Positions 7,720-19,691 of a stretch of 64,000 nt of DNA are shown here, one piece after another. The stretch comes from an uncultured candidate division Zixibacteria bacterium. GTDB lineage: Bacteria > Zixibacteria > MSB-5A5 > GN15 > FEB-12. A program made the position numbers and the translations under genes. The notes under the pieces were generated by a model that did no database searches, had not been told where the DNA came from, and saw only the letters and a list, made by a program, of their open reading frames with translations. The number at the start of each line of letters is the position of its first letter. Position 1 is the stretch's first letter. The stretch lies in NCBI GenBank assembly GCA_963806185.1, contig CAWDXE010000005.1:64001-128000 (forward strand). Reading direction: 5' to 3'.

Positions 7720-9666
7720 TCAGACGTTGATCTTGAATCTCGATACCATCGTCTGCATACCTTCGGCCTGACGATTCAATTCTTCGGCGGCGGCAGCGGA
7801 TTGCTCGGCGCCCACCGATGTTTCTTTCGTCACCGACGCAATATGCTCGACATTCTTGCTGATCTGCTCGGCGGCACTCGACTGCTCTTCGGAGGCAGTG
7901 GCAATCTGCGCGATCATATCCATCACCCGCTGGCTCATGGAGACGATCTCATGCAGGCTGGAACCGGCTTTATCGGCCAGGTCGCGACCCTTGTCGACTT
8001 CCTGAATGCCTGATTCCATCGAGTGTACGGCATCAGCGGTTTCCGTCTGGATGCCCTTGATCATGCCGGTGATTTCCTTGGTCGCCTTACCGGTCCGTTC
8101 GGCCAGTTTGCGAACCTCGTCGGCCACAACGGCAAAGCCTCTCCCCTGCTCACCGGCGCGGGCCGCTTCAATAGCGGCGTTAAGGGCCAGCAAGTTGGTT
8201 TGATCGGCGATATCGTCGATGACGCCGATGATCTCACCAATCTGGTCGGCGGACTTGGCGAGTTTGCCGATGGAATCGGCGGATTGCCTGACGACCTGGG
8301 CGATCTTCTGCATACCCTGAATGGTGTCGGAGACAATCTGCCCACCGGAGGTGGCAGTACCGGAAGCACCCTTGGCAACGTCGGTAGCTTCACCGGCGTT
8401 CTTGGAGGCCTCGAGAATGGTGGCGGACATTTCTTCGATAGCGGTCGAGACCTGAGCGACCTGATCGGCCTGATCTTTTGCGCCCTTGGACATTTGCTCG
8501 GAGGACGAAGAGATTTCGGTTGCGGCCGAGACCAGTTCGCGAGCATTGTCGGTGAGCTGGCGGATGACGCCGCTCATATTGCCGATCATGCGGGTGAGAG
8601 CGTCGCCCATATGATGCTTGGCTTCCAGAGTAGCTTCGATTGACTTCACCAGCGTGCCGATTTCGTCGGCTGAGTTCAGGTTGAGTTTCTCGATCCTGGA
8701 TTGTTCGAGAACGACGGTGAAATCGTTATTGCCGAGGCGGTCGACGGCCTGGCCGAAGCGTTCGAATTCGTTGTTCATCTGGTTGGTCAGACCGACCACC
8801 CGGTTAATCGGATTGGCAATACCCCGAGAGATGAAGTAAGCGACAATAGCGCCGCAAAGAAGCGCCAGGAGCGTAAAAACCATGGCCAGATTCTTCGCCT
8901 GACTTTGTGCCGAGGCCATCTGGGTACCCGACTGGGCGGCGAGGTCTTCGCAGCGCTTCATTAGTGCTTCGGCCACCTGCGCCATTTCGGTCACGATCTT
9001 CACGCCGGATTTGGCTTCGGCGGAGTGCTGCTTGAGGGCATCAGCGTACTCGGCAACCAGGGGAAGCATGGAGGACTCACGTCCGAGATACTGACCCATG
9101 AGGCTGTTGAGTTTCGCGGTACAGCGGCCGGCCAGTTCGTCGTCCTTGGTGAGGAGATATCGTTTGGCGAGGATTTCCGCCTCACGGAAGTCGGCGAGCA
9201 GATTCTGGGCGCTGCCGCTACGACTGACGTCGGCCGACTGCGTCAGGCGTGCCGAAATGTCGTCCATCTTTTTCACCGCGGACCGCGCGGCCTCGGTGGA
9301 GGTGACGAATTGGTCAAAGATGGCGCTCCACTGGCGACCACCCGCGGCGATTTCGTCGCAGATCTTTAGATCTTCGTCGTTCAGCAACGTTCTTTTCGTT
9401 TCGTTGGCCTGTTCTGCAACCTGAGTCGCAAAGCCGTGGAGTTTCTCGATGTGTTTGCTATCACCCGTGAGGACGTAATCCCTGCGAGCGATGTACATAT
9501 TCTTGGCAGTAACTACCATCGAAGTAGCGTCGACACTGCTTTCCGCAGCCCGGTCTACTTTGGACAGACCATTGATACTGACTATGCCGACCGCCGCGGT
9601 AAGAGCCAGGACGGCTCCGAAACCGATATACATTTTCTTGGCGATCTTAACGTCTTTCCAAGCCAT
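7720..9666 (-). CDS. Methyl-accepting chemotaxis protein with a helical periplasmic sensor
   Basis: Two TM helices, HAMP region, [47 protein letters not shown] before MAWKDVK. Confidence 0.97.
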   Translation of the reverse strand: MAWKDVKIAKKMYIGFGAVLALTAAVGIVSINGLSKVDRAAESSVDATSMVVTAKNMYIARRDYVLTGDSKHIEKLHGFATQVAEQANETKRTLLNDEDLKICDEIAAGGRQWSAIFDQFVTSTEAARSAVKKMDDISARLTQSADVSRSGSAQNLLADFREAEILAKRYLLTKDDELAGRCTAKLNSLMGQYLGRESSMLPLVAEYADALKQHSAEAKSGVKIVTEMAQVAEALMKRCEDLAAQSGTQMASAQSQAKNLAMVFTLLALLCGAIVAYFISRGIANPINRVVGLTNQMNNEFERFGQAVDRLGNNDFTVVLEQSRIEKLNLNSADEIGTLVKSIEATLEAKHHMGDALTRMIGNMSGVIRQLTDNARELVSAATEISSSSEQMSKGAKDQADQVAQVSTAIEEMSATILEASKNAGEATDVAKGASGTATSGGQIVSDTIQGMQKIAQVVRQSADSIGKLAKSADQIGEIIGVIDDIADQTNLLALNAAIEAARAGEQGRGFAVVADEVRKLAERTGKATKEITGMIKGIQTETADAVHSMESGIQEVDKGRDLADKAGSSLHEIVSMSQRVMDMIAQIATASEEQSSAAEQISKNVEHIASVTKETSVGAEQSAAAAEELNRQAEGMQTMVSRFKINV

Positions 9667-9916
9667 AATCCCCTCCTCATTACAACGCAATACAACAGTG
9701 CGCTATTTCACCTTGTTTGGAATTTCGAGACATGGGTGTGCGTTGTCGGAGACGGAAGCAAGCCGCCTGAAGGATTTTGGACAACCACACACGTGAACAT
9801 CCCCTTTTAGCCCATGGCGCCCATCCGATGTTGGGCGGGCGTCGCTTTTCGGATACGCTGTCAGGCCTCTGCACAAGCCAGACGACTGTTCCCGACAGGA
9901 CGAATCCATGATAGGT

Positions 9917-9943
9917 TTATCGACCCGGTTGGCGTTATTATGA
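9917..9943 (-). promoter_or_regulatory. Probable sigma-28 promoter
   Basis: TCAT-N15-GTCGATAA; same position as the motif upstream of the second chemoreceptor. Confidence 0.5.
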
Positions 9944-10115
9944 GTGGTGCCATCGAGTAGTCAGCCCGATTGTGCAGAAACGGCACAGGGGGTTATCTGC
10001 TTGAGGCGTAAGAGTATGAGAGTATTCTTCTCCGCATTTCGCGAGAGAAAGGAGCGGGAGGTGAATCCCGCTCATTCGATTATACTACTTGCCGAGAGAC
10101 GCATGTCTCCAAGGA

Positions 10116-12239
10116 TTAGACTTGAACTCCTTCTCTTTCCAGAGATTGAATAGCGGCGATTATCTCTTCTGAGGCGGCGACAGACATCGTGAGGCTCCGT
10201 TGCGCCTTCGTTTCATCGCCGGCAGCCAGAGATCTGACGGCGTCATTGCCGTGCTGGTGGACGCGGCGATGCGGTTCCTCGATTGCTTTGAAGGCAGGGT
10301 CAGAACCAAAGGAGTTCACACCTATGCTATAGTACCACTTTCCGAACCGGCACGATTTACAGTCAGCAAATTTCCAGGTTGTAGTCGGTGTTTGCTTCTT
10401 AATGACCGATTTCAGGTTATCGATATACCGTCGATGATCTTCCCTGGCCGTCTGTAGAGCCGTGGCGTGCACTTTGACGAGGTCATGGACAGAGAGCCGG
10501 AACTGGCCAACCATCGTCTGGAGTCCTTCGGCCTGGCGATTGAGTTGTTCGGCGGCGGCAGCGGATTGCTCAGCGCCGTCAGAAGTCTCTCTGGTCACCG
10601 AGGCGATATGTTCCACGTTCTTGTTGATCTGTTCAACGGTACTCGACTGTTCTTCGGTTGCCGTGGCGATTTGCGCGATCATATCCATGACCCGCTGGCT
10701 CATGGTGACGATTTCATGCAGACTGGAGCCGGCCTTGTCCGCCAGCTCGCGGCCCTTGTCGACTTGCAGAATGCCGGATTCCATTGAATTGACAGCTTCC
10801 TTCGTTTCGGCCTGAATTCCTCTGATCATACCGGTTATTTCCTTGGTCGCCTTTCCGGTTCGTTCCGCCAGCTTACGGACTTCATCGGCGACGACCGCGA
10901 AACCGCGGCCCTGTTCTCCGGCACGAGCAGCCTCGATGGCCGCATTGAGCGCCAGGAGGTTGGTCTGATCGGCGATGTCGTCAATCACTTCAGTGATGTC
11001 ACCGATCTGGTCGGCAGACTTGGCAAGCTTGGCAATAGATTCGGCGGATTGGCGAACGACAAAGGCGATGGACTGCATCCCTTCAATGGTGTCAGCGACG
11101 ATCTGGCCCCCGGACGCGGCGGTACCGGACGCTCCTTTGGCAGCGTCGGTGGCATCACCGGCGTTTCTGGAGGATTCGAGAATAGTGGCGGACATCTCCT
11201 CGATGGCGGCTGAGACTTGCGCGACCTGATCGGCCTGTCCCTTCGCTCCCTTGGACATCTGCTCGGATGAAGCAGAGATTTCGGTAGCGGCAGAGACCAA
11301 CTGGCGGGCATTTTCAGTTAGCTGGCGAACCATAATCGACAGATTATTGATCATGGTTTTGAACGAGTTGCCCAGGGCGTCCCTGGTACCTCGTGGTTCG
11401 ACCTGGACGGTGAGATCGTTGGCGGCGATCTGCTCGGCGGCGCCGGCAAGACTCTTCATGTATTGGATAAGGATACGGAACGACTCAGCCAAGTCTCCGA
11501 TCTCGTCCTTGGCTACGTAATCGATATTCTGATCAATATCGCCCACGGCTACATTTTTCGCGACCGTCGCCATTTGCAGAAGTGGGTGCGAGATTTGCCG
11601 GGAAACGAGCCAGGCCACCGCAGTGCCAAGGATTAACCCAAGCAGTGACAAGATAACGACCAATTGAATAGTGCTGGACATGGTATTGGTCATGGCCAAA
11701 GTCGATTCATCGGCGCGTTTTGCGAAGAGATCCTTGAGGGCAACCAGTCCCTGCTGTGTTGCGGCGAGTGCGGGCTCAGTTCTTTTCGTGTATACGTTCG
11801 AGATTTCATCCATTCGATTTCGGCCGCTGGCGGCGAGAATTCTCTGAATCTCCTTGGCCGACTCATGCAATTCCAGATGAGTTGATTTAACTGACTGAAG
11901 CAGTTGGGCCAACTCCCGATCGGAGGCCGCGAGTTTATCAGTTTCCTCGCTAAACAGCCACTCCCCGAATTTGCACTTATGATCATCGGTTTGAACCGTC
12001 AAGGTCGATGCAGACTGGTCGGCGAATATTGCGGAGACGTTCGCCGCCCATTTCAGATGATCGACGATTTTTTCTACAGCGAACCCTTTTCGTCCCCATT
12101 CAATCTGCGCGGCGTCAGACTTCTCCCTCACCGTTTTGAAGCTGGAAATGCTGAACACGCTGATGGTAATCAGCACGACGAGAATGGCGGCGTAACCGAG
12201 GTACAGTTTTCTGCTGATTCTGATGTCTCTCCAAGCCAT
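10116..12239 (-). CDS. Methyl-accepting chemotaxis protein with CZB-like domains between the TM helices and at the C-terminus
   Basis: DHLKW..CKFGEWL..HLELH between TM1 and TM2; MCP core; [17 protein letters not shown] at the C-terminus. Confidence 0.96.
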   Translation of the reverse strand: MAWRDIRISRKLYLGYAAILVVLITISVFSISSFKTVREKSDAAQIEWGRKGFAVEKIVDHLKWAANVSAIFADQSASTLTVQTDDHKCKFGEWLFSEETDKLAASDRELAQLLQSVKSTHLELHESAKEIQRILAASGRNRMDEISNVYTKRTEPALAATQQGLVALKDLFAKRADESTLAMTNTMSSTIQLVVILSLLGLILGTAVAWLVSRQISHPLLQMATVAKNVAVGDIDQNIDYVAKDEIGDLAESFRILIQYMKSLAGAAEQIAANDLTVQVEPRGTRDALGNSFKTMINNLSIMVRQLTENARQLVSAATEISASSEQMSKGAKGQADQVAQVSAAIEEMSATILESSRNAGDATDAAKGASGTAASGGQIVADTIEGMQSIAFVVRQSAESIAKLAKSADQIGDITEVIDDIADQTNLLALNAAIEAARAGEQGRGFAVVADEVRKLAERTGKATKEITGMIRGIQAETKEAVNSMESGILQVDKGRELADKAGSSLHEIVTMSQRVMDMIAQIATATEEQSSTVEQINKNVEHIASVTRETSDGAEQSAAAAEQLNRQAEGLQTMVGQFRLSVHDLVKVHATALQTAREDHRRYIDNLKSVIKKQTPTTTWKFADCKSCRFGKWYYSIGVNSFGSDPAFKAIEEPHRRVHQHGNDAVRSLAAGDETKAQRSLTMSVAASEEIIAAIQSLEREGVQV

Positions 12240-12496
12240 GATGCCCTCCTGAACGGCGTAGAAGAATGGTGCATAATTACAGTTTGTTCAGAATCTCAAG
12301 ACCTGGGTATGCGTCGTGGTAGCCGGAATCGGAGAAAGTCAGCCTGAATACAAATAATAATGCACGCACACTCCAGGTGTTTCCTCGTATTTTTCTGTAC
12401 CCTGCCCGAATTGGGCGGGTTTTGCATTCCTGGTAAACCGTCGGGTGTATGTAGAGGTCGCGTGACCATTCCCGAGGATTAATGTTATTAATGGGT

Positions 12497-12523
12497 ATAT
12501 CGACCCGATTACCCATTCATTAA
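12497..12523 (-). promoter_or_regulatory. Probable sigma-28 promoter
   Basis: TTAA-N15-GTCGATAT. Confidence 0.5.
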
Positions 12524-12686
12524 GGAGAGTATTGAGACATATTTTGTGTTTGTGCGAAAATAGGGCAATTGGCAAAGCGCCCGCAGGACATGTGTATGGA
12601 GATACGATTGTGCGTCTTGTCGCAGAAAGAAAGAGCGGAACCTGGGGGGTTCCGCTCAACCATCGCTTATTCTTAATGAAGCTGTC

Positions 12687-15179
12687 TTATACTGCGACGG
12701 ACGACCGTTCGAGAGTTCGAATGGCGGCTATGACATCGTGGGAGGCTTTGACGGCCAAGTCGAGATTTCGCTTAGCCGATTTCTCGTCGCCTTCCGCGAG
12801 TGCCTTCACGGCGTCGTTCGCCGCCTGATGGACACGACGATGCGGATCCTCGATGGCCAGGAAGGCAGGAGTCGAGCCAAAGGCGGTAGTGCCTACGGTA
12901 TGGTACCATTTGCCAAAGCGGCATGTTTTGCAGTCGGTGTGTTTCCATGAGCTGGTGGGGGTTCGGCGCTTTATAACTTCAGCAAGATTATCAACATACC
13001 GCTGATGATCGTCTCTGGCAGTCTGCAATGAGGCGGAATGCGAGCGAGCCAAGTCTCCCGTAGACAGGCGGAATTGTCCGACCATCGTCTGGAGACCTTC
13101 GGCCTGACGATTCAATTCCTCGGCGGCGGCGGCGGATTGTTCGGCGCCGCTGGAGGTTTCTCTGGTCACGGAAGCGATATGCTCCACGTTTTTGGAGATT
13201 TGCTCGACGGTAGAAGATTGTTCTTCGGAAGCGGTGGCGATTTGCGCGATCATATCCATGACTCGCTGGCTCATGGTGACGATTTCGTGCAGACTTGAGC
13301 CGGCCTTATCGGCCAGGTCGCGACCCCTATCGACTTCCTGAATGCCGGATTCCATTGAGTTCACCGCTTCCTCGGTCTCGGACTGAATGCCCTTGATCAT
13401 GGCGGTGATTTCTTTGGTTGCGGTACCGGTTCGTTCGGCAAGTTTGCGGACCTCGTCGGCGACCACGGCAAACCCTCTTCCCTGTTCACCGGCGCGGGCG
13501 GCCTCGATGGCCGCATTCAGGGCGAGCAAGTTGGTTTGGTCGGCGATTTCATCAATCACGCTGGTGATTTCACCGATTTGGTCAGCGGACTTGGCCAGCT
13601 TGGCAATCGATTCGGCGGACTGGCGGACGACCGCGGCGATTTTCTGCATGCCTTGAATGGTATCGGAGACAATCTGACCGCCGGAGGCGGCAGTGCCGGA
13701 GGCGCCTTTGGCAACGTCGGTGGCTTCACCGGCATTCTTGGAGGCCTCGATAATAGTCGCCGACATTTCCTCGATGGCAGTAGAGACCTGGGCCACCTGA
13801 TCGGCCTGGCCCTTGGCGCCCTTGGACATTTGTTCAGAGGAGGCCGAGATTTCGGTCGCGGCCGAGACGAGTTCGCGGGCGTTGTCGGTCAATTGGCGAA
13901 TCATGCCGGAGAGATTAATAATCATGGTTTTGAAGGAATTGCCGAGGACGTCGCGCGAGCTCTTGGGTTCGACAACGACGGTGAGGTCGTTGGCGGCAAT
14001 CCGTTCAGAGGCGTGGGCAAGTTCGCGCAGGTAGGCGGTCACGCTACGGAACGATTCTGCGAGAGTACCGATTTCATCGCGCGAGGCAACCTCGGCATCA
14101 AGGGAAATGTCGCCCTGAGCGACGGCTTCCGCGACGCGGACGAGGCCATTGATCGGCCGGGCGATCATTCTCACGAGGAAATAGGCAATGCTGACCGAAA
14201 TGAGCAGGCAGGTCAGTCCGATGAAGAGAAGCGTATTGCGCAACGATGAGACCGGTTGCGTGAATTCTTCGAGATAGGAGCCGACGCCGATGATCCATTG
14301 CCATTCGGGGAGGTAAGCGTAGGCGACAATTTTGTCGCGGGGCGCAGTCTCGCCGAGTTCCTTATTGATCCAGGGGTAGCGGATCCAGCCGATTTCATCG
14401 CCGGCGAGTTTGGGGGCTTTCGCGATCATTTCCCTGATGAAGTCGTACTGCGAGAGGTTGGCGCCTTCTTTTGCCGGATGGATCTGAAGTACGCCGGTAG
14501 TATCGATGGCGTACATGTAGCCGGTGCGGCCGACTTTCTGCGCGAGGAGGGATTTGCGGAGCATGTCGGAGCGTTCTTTCACGCCGACATACAGGATGCC
14601 CACGACCTGACTGGTGCGAGAATCTCGCAGCGGCATATATCGGGCGACGTACCAATCAGTGACCACCCAGGCGCGACCGGAAAATGCCTGACCGTCGCGA
14701 ATCACCGCATCGTAAACCTTTTGAGAAACATAGGTACCGATGGCGCGATTGCCCTTTTCGTCGAGGACGTTGGTCGAAATGCGCTTGGCTTTGTCACCTT
14801 CCTTGAGGAAGATGGTGCACGTGGCTCCGGTGAGGGCCTTGATCTCGTCGACGAAGGCATAGTTTTCGTTGATGGTCATCTGGCTGCCCTGGCGGCCAAG
14901 GAACATCTTGCCGTCGCGGACTTCGATGAAGCTTCCTGACAGGTCACGGAAGAGGCGATCGGCCACCGCAATGGCGTGATCGACCTGTTTGGACGACTGT
15001 TCGGCGTTCAGCTCGCACATCTGGACGGCCATGGCGGCCATGTGTTTGAGATCTTGGGTGGCGGTGTCGGTGACGACCTGATGGGCTCGCCAGATACCGA
15101 TCGTGGTGATACCAGCGACCGTAAAGGTCACGACCGCAGCGGTCATGAGCATCAGCTTGTGGCTCAGTTTGAGCGTCAT
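12687..15179 (-). CDS. Methyl-accepting chemotaxis protein with a Cache3-Cache2 fusion sensor and a C-terminal CZB domain
   Basis: RISTNV..GNRAIGT..GILYVG followed by [22 protein letters not shown] core; [12 protein letters not shown]. Confidence 0.96.
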   Translation of the reverse strand: MTLKLSHKLMLMTAAVVTFTVAGITTIGIWRAHQVVTDTATQDLKHMAAMAVQMCELNAEQSSKQVDHAIAVADRLFRDLSGSFIEVRDGKMFLGRQGSQMTINENYAFVDEIKALTGATCTIFLKEGDKAKRISTNVLDEKGNRAIGTYVSQKVYDAVIRDGQAFSGRAWVVTDWYVARYMPLRDSRTSQVVGILYVGVKERSDMLRKSLLAQKVGRTGYMYAIDTTGVLQIHPAKEGANLSQYDFIREMIAKAPKLAGDEIGWIRYPWINKELGETAPRDKIVAYAYLPEWQWIIGVGSYLEEFTQPVSSLRNTLLFIGLTCLLISVSIAYFLVRMIARPINGLVRVAEAVAQGDISLDAEVASRDEIGTLAESFRSVTAYLRELAHASERIAANDLTVVVEPKSSRDVLGNSFKTMIINLSGMIRQLTDNARELVSAATEISASSEQMSKGAKGQADQVAQVSTAIEEMSATIIEASKNAGEATDVAKGASGTAASGGQIVSDTIQGMQKIAAVVRQSAESIAKLAKSADQIGEITSVIDEIADQTNLLALNAAIEAARAGEQGRGFAVVADEVRKLAERTGTATKEITAMIKGIQSETEEAVNSMESGIQEVDRGRDLADKAGSSLHEIVTMSQRVMDMIAQIATASEEQSSTVEQISKNVEHIASVTRETSSGAEQSAAAAEELNRQAEGLQTMVGQFRLSTGDLARSHSASLQTARDDHQRYVDNLAEVIKRRTPTSSWKHTDCKTCRFGKWYHTVGTTAFGSTPAFLAIEDPHRRVHQAANDAVKALAEGDEKSAKRNLDLAVKASHDVIAAIRTLERSSVAV

Positions 15180-15428
15180 GTTGGGACCCCCTCGCATTAG
15201 GGCTACGCGAATTTTTTACTCGGCGCGGTGCGATCACCGAGAGTGTACCTACCTTATCGTAGATATCAGGATCGGATATCTCGGCGATATTGTGAGTTGA
15301 TGCCGACATCGAAAAGGGGACCGGCAGGACTCTGTTCAAATTTGATGCATGGGAAAACTATTCCCTCAAGAAAAGAGAAGCGCGCGGAGTCTTGATTCCG
15401 CGCGCTCGGGAAAGCATGATAGCCCGGC

Positions 15429-17933
15429 TCAATTACTTCGCTGGCTCTCCTCTACCACATTGCGGTAGTGAGAGATGAGGCGGGAGACGTTGTTATCAGT
15501 AGTCGACTCGGCCATGATATTGAACGATGCCCTCGTCCGATCGGGGGCGACGAGAACCCACCCATTATCTTCGAAAATGCGTACGCCGTCGATAAGCTGC
15601 CGCTGTTTGTTGTTGGAATCGGTGATCAAGCGGCGCATGACGGTGCCCTTCTTGGACCAAGGGCAGGGGACGGAAACGGTTTGCCGGACGTAGTGCTGAT
15701 ATTTGCGGCGAAGATCGCTCAGGCGGATTTTGGTGCGGGCCATCATTTCCATGATGCGCACACCGGTAAGGATGGCGTCGGCGCCCATCTGGAAGCCAGG
15801 GAAGATAAACCCGCCCTTGGTGCCGCCGACGAAATCGGCCTCCCCACGGCGGCGGATATCCATCATGGCGAGGTGATCGTTGGCGACGCGGACAACCTCG
15901 ACGCCGTGCGTGTCGGCAATATCGTCGACGCCCATGGAGCCACCCACGGGGACGGCGATCTTGCGGGGTTTGTTGGTGCGCAGGTAGAGGTCGGTGACGA
16001 CGAGGAGAAGGAGTTGACTATCGAGCGGAGCGCCGGTTTCGTCGATCACCGTGAGCTTTTCGGCAGCGGTGTTGAAGATGAGGCCGAGGTCGGCGTGCAG
16101 GGATTTGACGATGGCAGAGAGTTGGACAATGGCCTGCGTATTTTCCTCGGGCGTGGTTGAGAATTTGCGCGGATTGAGGTTGGAATTCAATTCGACAATC
16201 GAGAGGCCAAGGATGCTGGGCAGGGTGGGAAAGATCAGGGCGGCGGAGCCGTTGGAGAAATCGGCAATGATTTTCAGACCGGCCTGGCGGATGAGATCGC
16301 CGTCGACGGCGGCGAGAAATTCGTCGCGGTAGTCATCGAGGACGCGCTGGGGGGTATCAAGGTGGCCGATACGGTCCATCGGGGCGCGTTCGAAATCTTC
16401 CTGGAAGTAGTTGCGTTCGATCTTCTTGAGTTTGGCGGTGGGCATATCCATGCCGGAGCCATCGACGAAGATGATGTCAATCATGCGGTAATCGTCGGGA
16501 TTGTGCCGAACGTAGATGCCGGCCGAGTATTTGCCCTTGGTGAGGGCGTAGCGCATGACCGGGACCGGCATGGTCTCGAGATCGGAGACGTTTACGCCGG
16601 TCGACAGCAGGCCGGAGATGATGCCACGGCGGAGGAGACGGGAGACGTCGGACGCGTCACGGCTGGTGACGACCGAAGCGCTCTGTCCGAGGAAGGCGCC
16701 GAGCGCGGCGCCGAGACGAACCGACATTTCCGGAGCAATCTCCACCATAGCGAGGCCGGAGACTTTGGAATCGGTAAAGAGCTCGCGATTCCACTTCTCC
16801 CCCCAGATGATGGACGACGAGACAATGGCGCCTTCGTCGACACTCTTGCTCGGCCAGATCTTACAGTGGGCTCTCACGGTGGCGCCGTCGCCGATGGTGA
16901 CGTCATCGGCGACAATGACGTTTTCCAGCAACTGCACGCGATTGCCGATGCGGCATTTGGTGCAGACGACGGTGCTGGCAAGCACGGCGTTTCGTCCGAT
17001 CACGGTATCTTCCCAGACGACGGAATCTTTGACTTCAGCGCCACGGCCGAGGCGGCAGCGGTTGCCGATGAACGAGTCGCGCAGGACGGCACCGGCTTCG
17101 ATGAAGACATCGTCGCCGAGCACCACTGTGCCCTGGAGGCTGACGCCGTCCTCGATCTGAACATTTTCACCCCGGTAAACGATACCCTGGGGAGACGACT
17201 GCGGAGTCCCTTTGGGTTTCAGTTTGAGGGCGGCGGCGGCGATATCACGATGAGCGAAGCGGTATTCGTCGACGTTGCCGACGTCTTTCCAGTACCCTTC
17301 CATGATTTTGCCGAAGAGGCGCTGACCCTTGGAAAGCATGAGCGGGTAGAGATTTTGAGAAAAATCGTAGTTCCGCTTCATGGGGATGAGAGCGACGGCG
17401 CTGGGTTCGAGAATATAGATGCCCGTGTTGATAGTGTCGGAGAAGGCTTCACCCCAGGTGGGTTTTTCGAGAAAGCGGGCGATGCGGCCGTTTTCTTCCG
17501 TGATGACGATGCCGTAGGCGAGCGGATTTTCGATATGGGTGAGAAGGATGGTGGCCTCGGCTTTACGTTCCTTGTGCCACGAGATCGCTTCGGTGAGATT
17601 GAAATCGGTGACGAGATCGCCGGAGATGACGAGGACCGGTTCGGCGGCGTCACCCATAGCGTAGCGGACGGCGCCGGCCGTGCCGTAGTCATCGTCGGGC
17701 TGCACGTAGGTCATCCGGACGCCGAAGGCGGAGCCGTCCTTGAAGTGCTCGCGGATTTTTTCCGGTTGAAAGTAGAGGAGAGAAGTAATCTCGGTGATGC
17801 CGTGGGCGACGAGGAGGGCGACCACGTGTTCCATCATCGGGAGATTGGCGACGGGGACCATCGGCTTGGGAAGATTGATAGTAAGCGGGCGGAGCCGTGT
17901 GCCGAAGCCGCCCGCCATGATTACTGCTTTCAT
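15429..17933 (-). CDS. Mannose-1-phosphate guanylyltransferase fused to hexapeptide repeats and a phosphomannomutase-like domain
   Basis: MAGGFGTRLRPLT..PKPM, EKP, YWKDVG; left-handed beta-helix; PGM/PMM-like C-terminal half. Confidence 0.92.
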   Translation of the reverse strand: MKAVIMAGGFGTRLRPLTINLPKPMVPVANLPMMEHVVALLVAHGITEITSLLYFQPEKIREHFKDGSAFGVRMTYVQPDDDYGTAGAVRYAMGDAAEPVLVISGDLVTDFNLTEAISWHKERKAEATILLTHIENPLAYGIVITEENGRIARFLEKPTWGEAFSDTINTGIYILEPSAVALIPMKRNYDFSQNLYPLMLSKGQRLFGKIMEGYWKDVGNVDEYRFAHRDIAAAALKLKPKGTPQSSPQGIVYRGENVQIEDGVSLQGTVVLGDDVFIEAGAVLRDSFIGNRCRLGRGAEVKDSVVWEDTVIGRNAVLASTVVCTKCRIGNRVQLLENVIVADDVTIGDGATVRAHCKIWPSKSVDEGAIVSSSIIWGEKWNRELFTDSKVSGLAMVEIAPEMSVRLGAALGAFLGQSASVVTSRDASDVSRLLRRGIISGLLSTGVNVSDLETMPVPVMRYALTKGKYSAGIYVRHNPDDYRMIDIIFVDGSGMDMPTAKLKKIERNYFQEDFERAPMDRIGHLDTPQRVLDDYRDEFLAAVDGDLIRQAGLKIIADFSNGSAALIFPTLPSILGLSIVELNSNLNPRKFSTTPEENTQAIVQLSAIVKSLHADLGLIFNTAAEKLTVIDETGAPLDSQLLLLVVTDLYLRTNKPRKIAVPVGGSMGVDDIADTHGVEVVRVANDHLAMMDIRRRGEADFVGGTKGGFIFPGFQMGADAILTGVRIMEMMARTKIRLSDLRRKYQHYVRQTVSVPCPWSKKGTVMRRLITDSNNKQRQLIDGVRIFEDNGWVLVAPDRTRASFNIMAESTTDNNVSRLISHYRNVVEESQRSN

Positions 17934-18634
17934 GACCTGCTCCCTAAAACGTCTTTGTGACTAGTGTTGTCGTCCAGGAAGCCCTGGGCGATCAAGGTTG
18001 CAGTGACGTCGTCGAAGTTTATGTAGCTATTATATGCAATCAAATGTTGGTCGCAATAGAGGACGAGGTCCTTTTTCGCGAGCAGGATATCGGCATATTT
18101 GGCGGCGCAAGCGTCGGAATAACCATCCCCGACAAAAATGACCTGACAATTGTCGGCGGCTTTGACCCGGTACTCGGCCATACGCTCTCCCTTGCACGAG
18201 CCGCACTGGCGGCAGGTTGTGTTGGTGTGAGGGAATTCGACCCGGAGCCCGTTGTTTTCCAGATGACCAATGTTGCTTATGAGCGGCAGGTAGCCCAGGC
18301 CGTGCTTGTCGAGGACGTAGCGGATGTAACAATCCAGACCCTCGGAGATCACGATCAAGGGGGTGTTGTTCCGACGGCAGAGTTCCTCGAAGCGCGGAAA
18401 GGTCGGGTCAATCGTGAAATCGTCGAGGAAGCGGTAGAATTCAGTCGGGGAGGCATGGACCATTTCCGCTTCGAGGCGGAGGCAATCGCGGGTTGAGAGC
18501 CGGCCCGCTTTCCAATCGGGGAGCAGGGCGTCGTTGCGACCGCCCGAGAAGTGGTGGAAAATGTGGTAGCCGATATCGCGATGGGCGATGGTACCATCAA
18601 AGTCGCAAAAGATCAGTGTGCGTGAATCCTTCAT
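17930..18634 (-). CDS. HAD-IB phosphatase, MtnX-like
   Basis: CDFDGTI, CGSCK, VGDGYSD and AK motifs; start overlaps the upstream stop. Confidence 0.88.
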   Translation of the reverse strand: MKDSRTLIFCDFDGTIAHRDIGYHIFHHFSGGRNDALLPDWKAGRLSTRDCLRLEAEMVHASPTEFYRFLDDFTIDPTFPRFEELCRRNNTPLIVISEGLDCYIRYVLDKHGLGYLPLISNIGHLENNGLRVEFPHTNTTCRQCGSCKGERMAEYRVKAADNCQVIFVGDGYSDACAAKYADILLAKKDLVLYCDQHLIAYNSYINFDDVTATLIAQGFLDDNTSHKDVLGSRS

Positions 18635-18933
18635 ACCGCAATAAAGCGAACGGCGACGGCGGCGGCAAGCAGGAGAAACAGCAGTCCGCACAGCCAAACG
18701 CCGGTGCGATGGCCCGACCGGTGAAACTGGATGGCAAGGCCTGAGACGACTGTTAGGGTGGCGGCAACGATCAGGCCGACACCAAAGATGGCCAACTCAC
18801 GGCTCCAGTCGAGTTTCAGCACCAGGAGCACGGAGACAAGACTGAACCAGCCGAGCAGAAGATACTGCCAGAAGAGCTGGAGGGTGACGATGAGGCGATG
18901 GTGGTTGGCGTTTGATTTCATAATGACAGCCAT
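18631..18933 (-). CDS. Small three-TM membrane protein
   Basis: Hydrophobic 100-aa ORF overlapping both neighbours, directly after the TauE gene. Confidence 0.65.
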   Translation of the reverse strand: MAVIMKSNANHHRLIVTLQLFWQYLLLGWFSLVSVLLVLKLDWSRELAIFGVGLIVAATLTVVSGLAIQFHRSGHRTGVWLCGLLFLLLAAAVAVRFIAV

Positions 18934-19691
18934 GATTTTATCGGTCCCAGGGCAAAGCGGCCGGCCAAATAGAGCATGACGGCAAAGAACAGCAGTTTTA
19001 CCACCTGGGGTTTGGCGAGTGTCCCGAGATAGCCGCCCAGCTTGCCTCCGGCGATGGTTCCCACCAGAAGCGGCGGAAGGATGACGGGGTCGAGGCGGCC
19101 GTTGAGGGCGTAGACGGCGACAGCGGCGGTGGTGGAGGGACCAATGAGAAAGGACGAGGTGCCTCGGGCGACGGAGAGCGGGAGGCCGAGGACCAGATAC
19201 AACACGGGAACGATAATCACTCCACCACCGACGCCAATCATTGCGCCGATGATGCCGGTACCCAAGGCAATAAGGTAGACGATCGCTTTCTTGCCCTTGA
19301 GGCGATCGGGTTCGACATCATCGGTGCGCACGGGCGTTTTGCGGAGGAAGTTGACGGCGGTGTACAACATGACGGCGGCGAAGAGGACTTGAATGATTTC
19401 GCTCGGGACAGCGCCGCTGACAGCGGAGCCGATGATATTGCCGGCGGTCATCCAGACGACCAGCACGATCATCAGATCGAGATCGACCATATCTTTTTTG
19501 AGATACTCCGCTGATGAAGAGATGGAGTTGACGACGATGGCGGCGACGGAGGCGGGGATGGCCGCCCTGAGGTCAACACCGACAACGAAGGTCATCCAGG
19601 GAACGATCACAATGCCGCCACCGAGTCCCAGATAGCCGCCGAGGAGACCGGCCAAAACGCCCCCGGCGACCAGCAGCAATATGTCGGTCAC
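18918..19691 (-). CDS. TauE/SafE family permease
   Basis: Duplicated GLGGG..VP and GVGGG..VP motifs; about 8 TM helices. Confidence 0.92.
   Translation of the reverse strand: MTDILLLVAGGVLAGLLGGYLGLGGGIVIVPWMTFVVGVDLRAAIPASVAAIVVNSISSSAEYLKKDMVDLDLMIVLVVWMTAGNIIGSAVSGAVPSEIIQVLFAAVMLYTAVNFLRKTPVRTDDVEPDRLKGKKAIVYLIALGTGIIGAMIGVGGGVIIVPVLYLVLGLPLSVARGTSSFLIGPSTTAAVAVYALNGRLDPVILPPLLVGTIAGGKLGGYLGTLAKPQVVKLLFFAVMLYLAGRFALGPIKSWLSL

Noticed and set aside
9667..12500. c-di-GMP riboswitch in the chemoreceptor leaders
   Set aside because: No GGCAAA..GAAA..GCAAAG class I pattern or class II pattern could be seen.
16362..17960. Long antisense ORFs (also 6341-7642, 43344-44489 and others)
   Set aside because: Shadow frames of real genes, expected with GC-rich codon usage.
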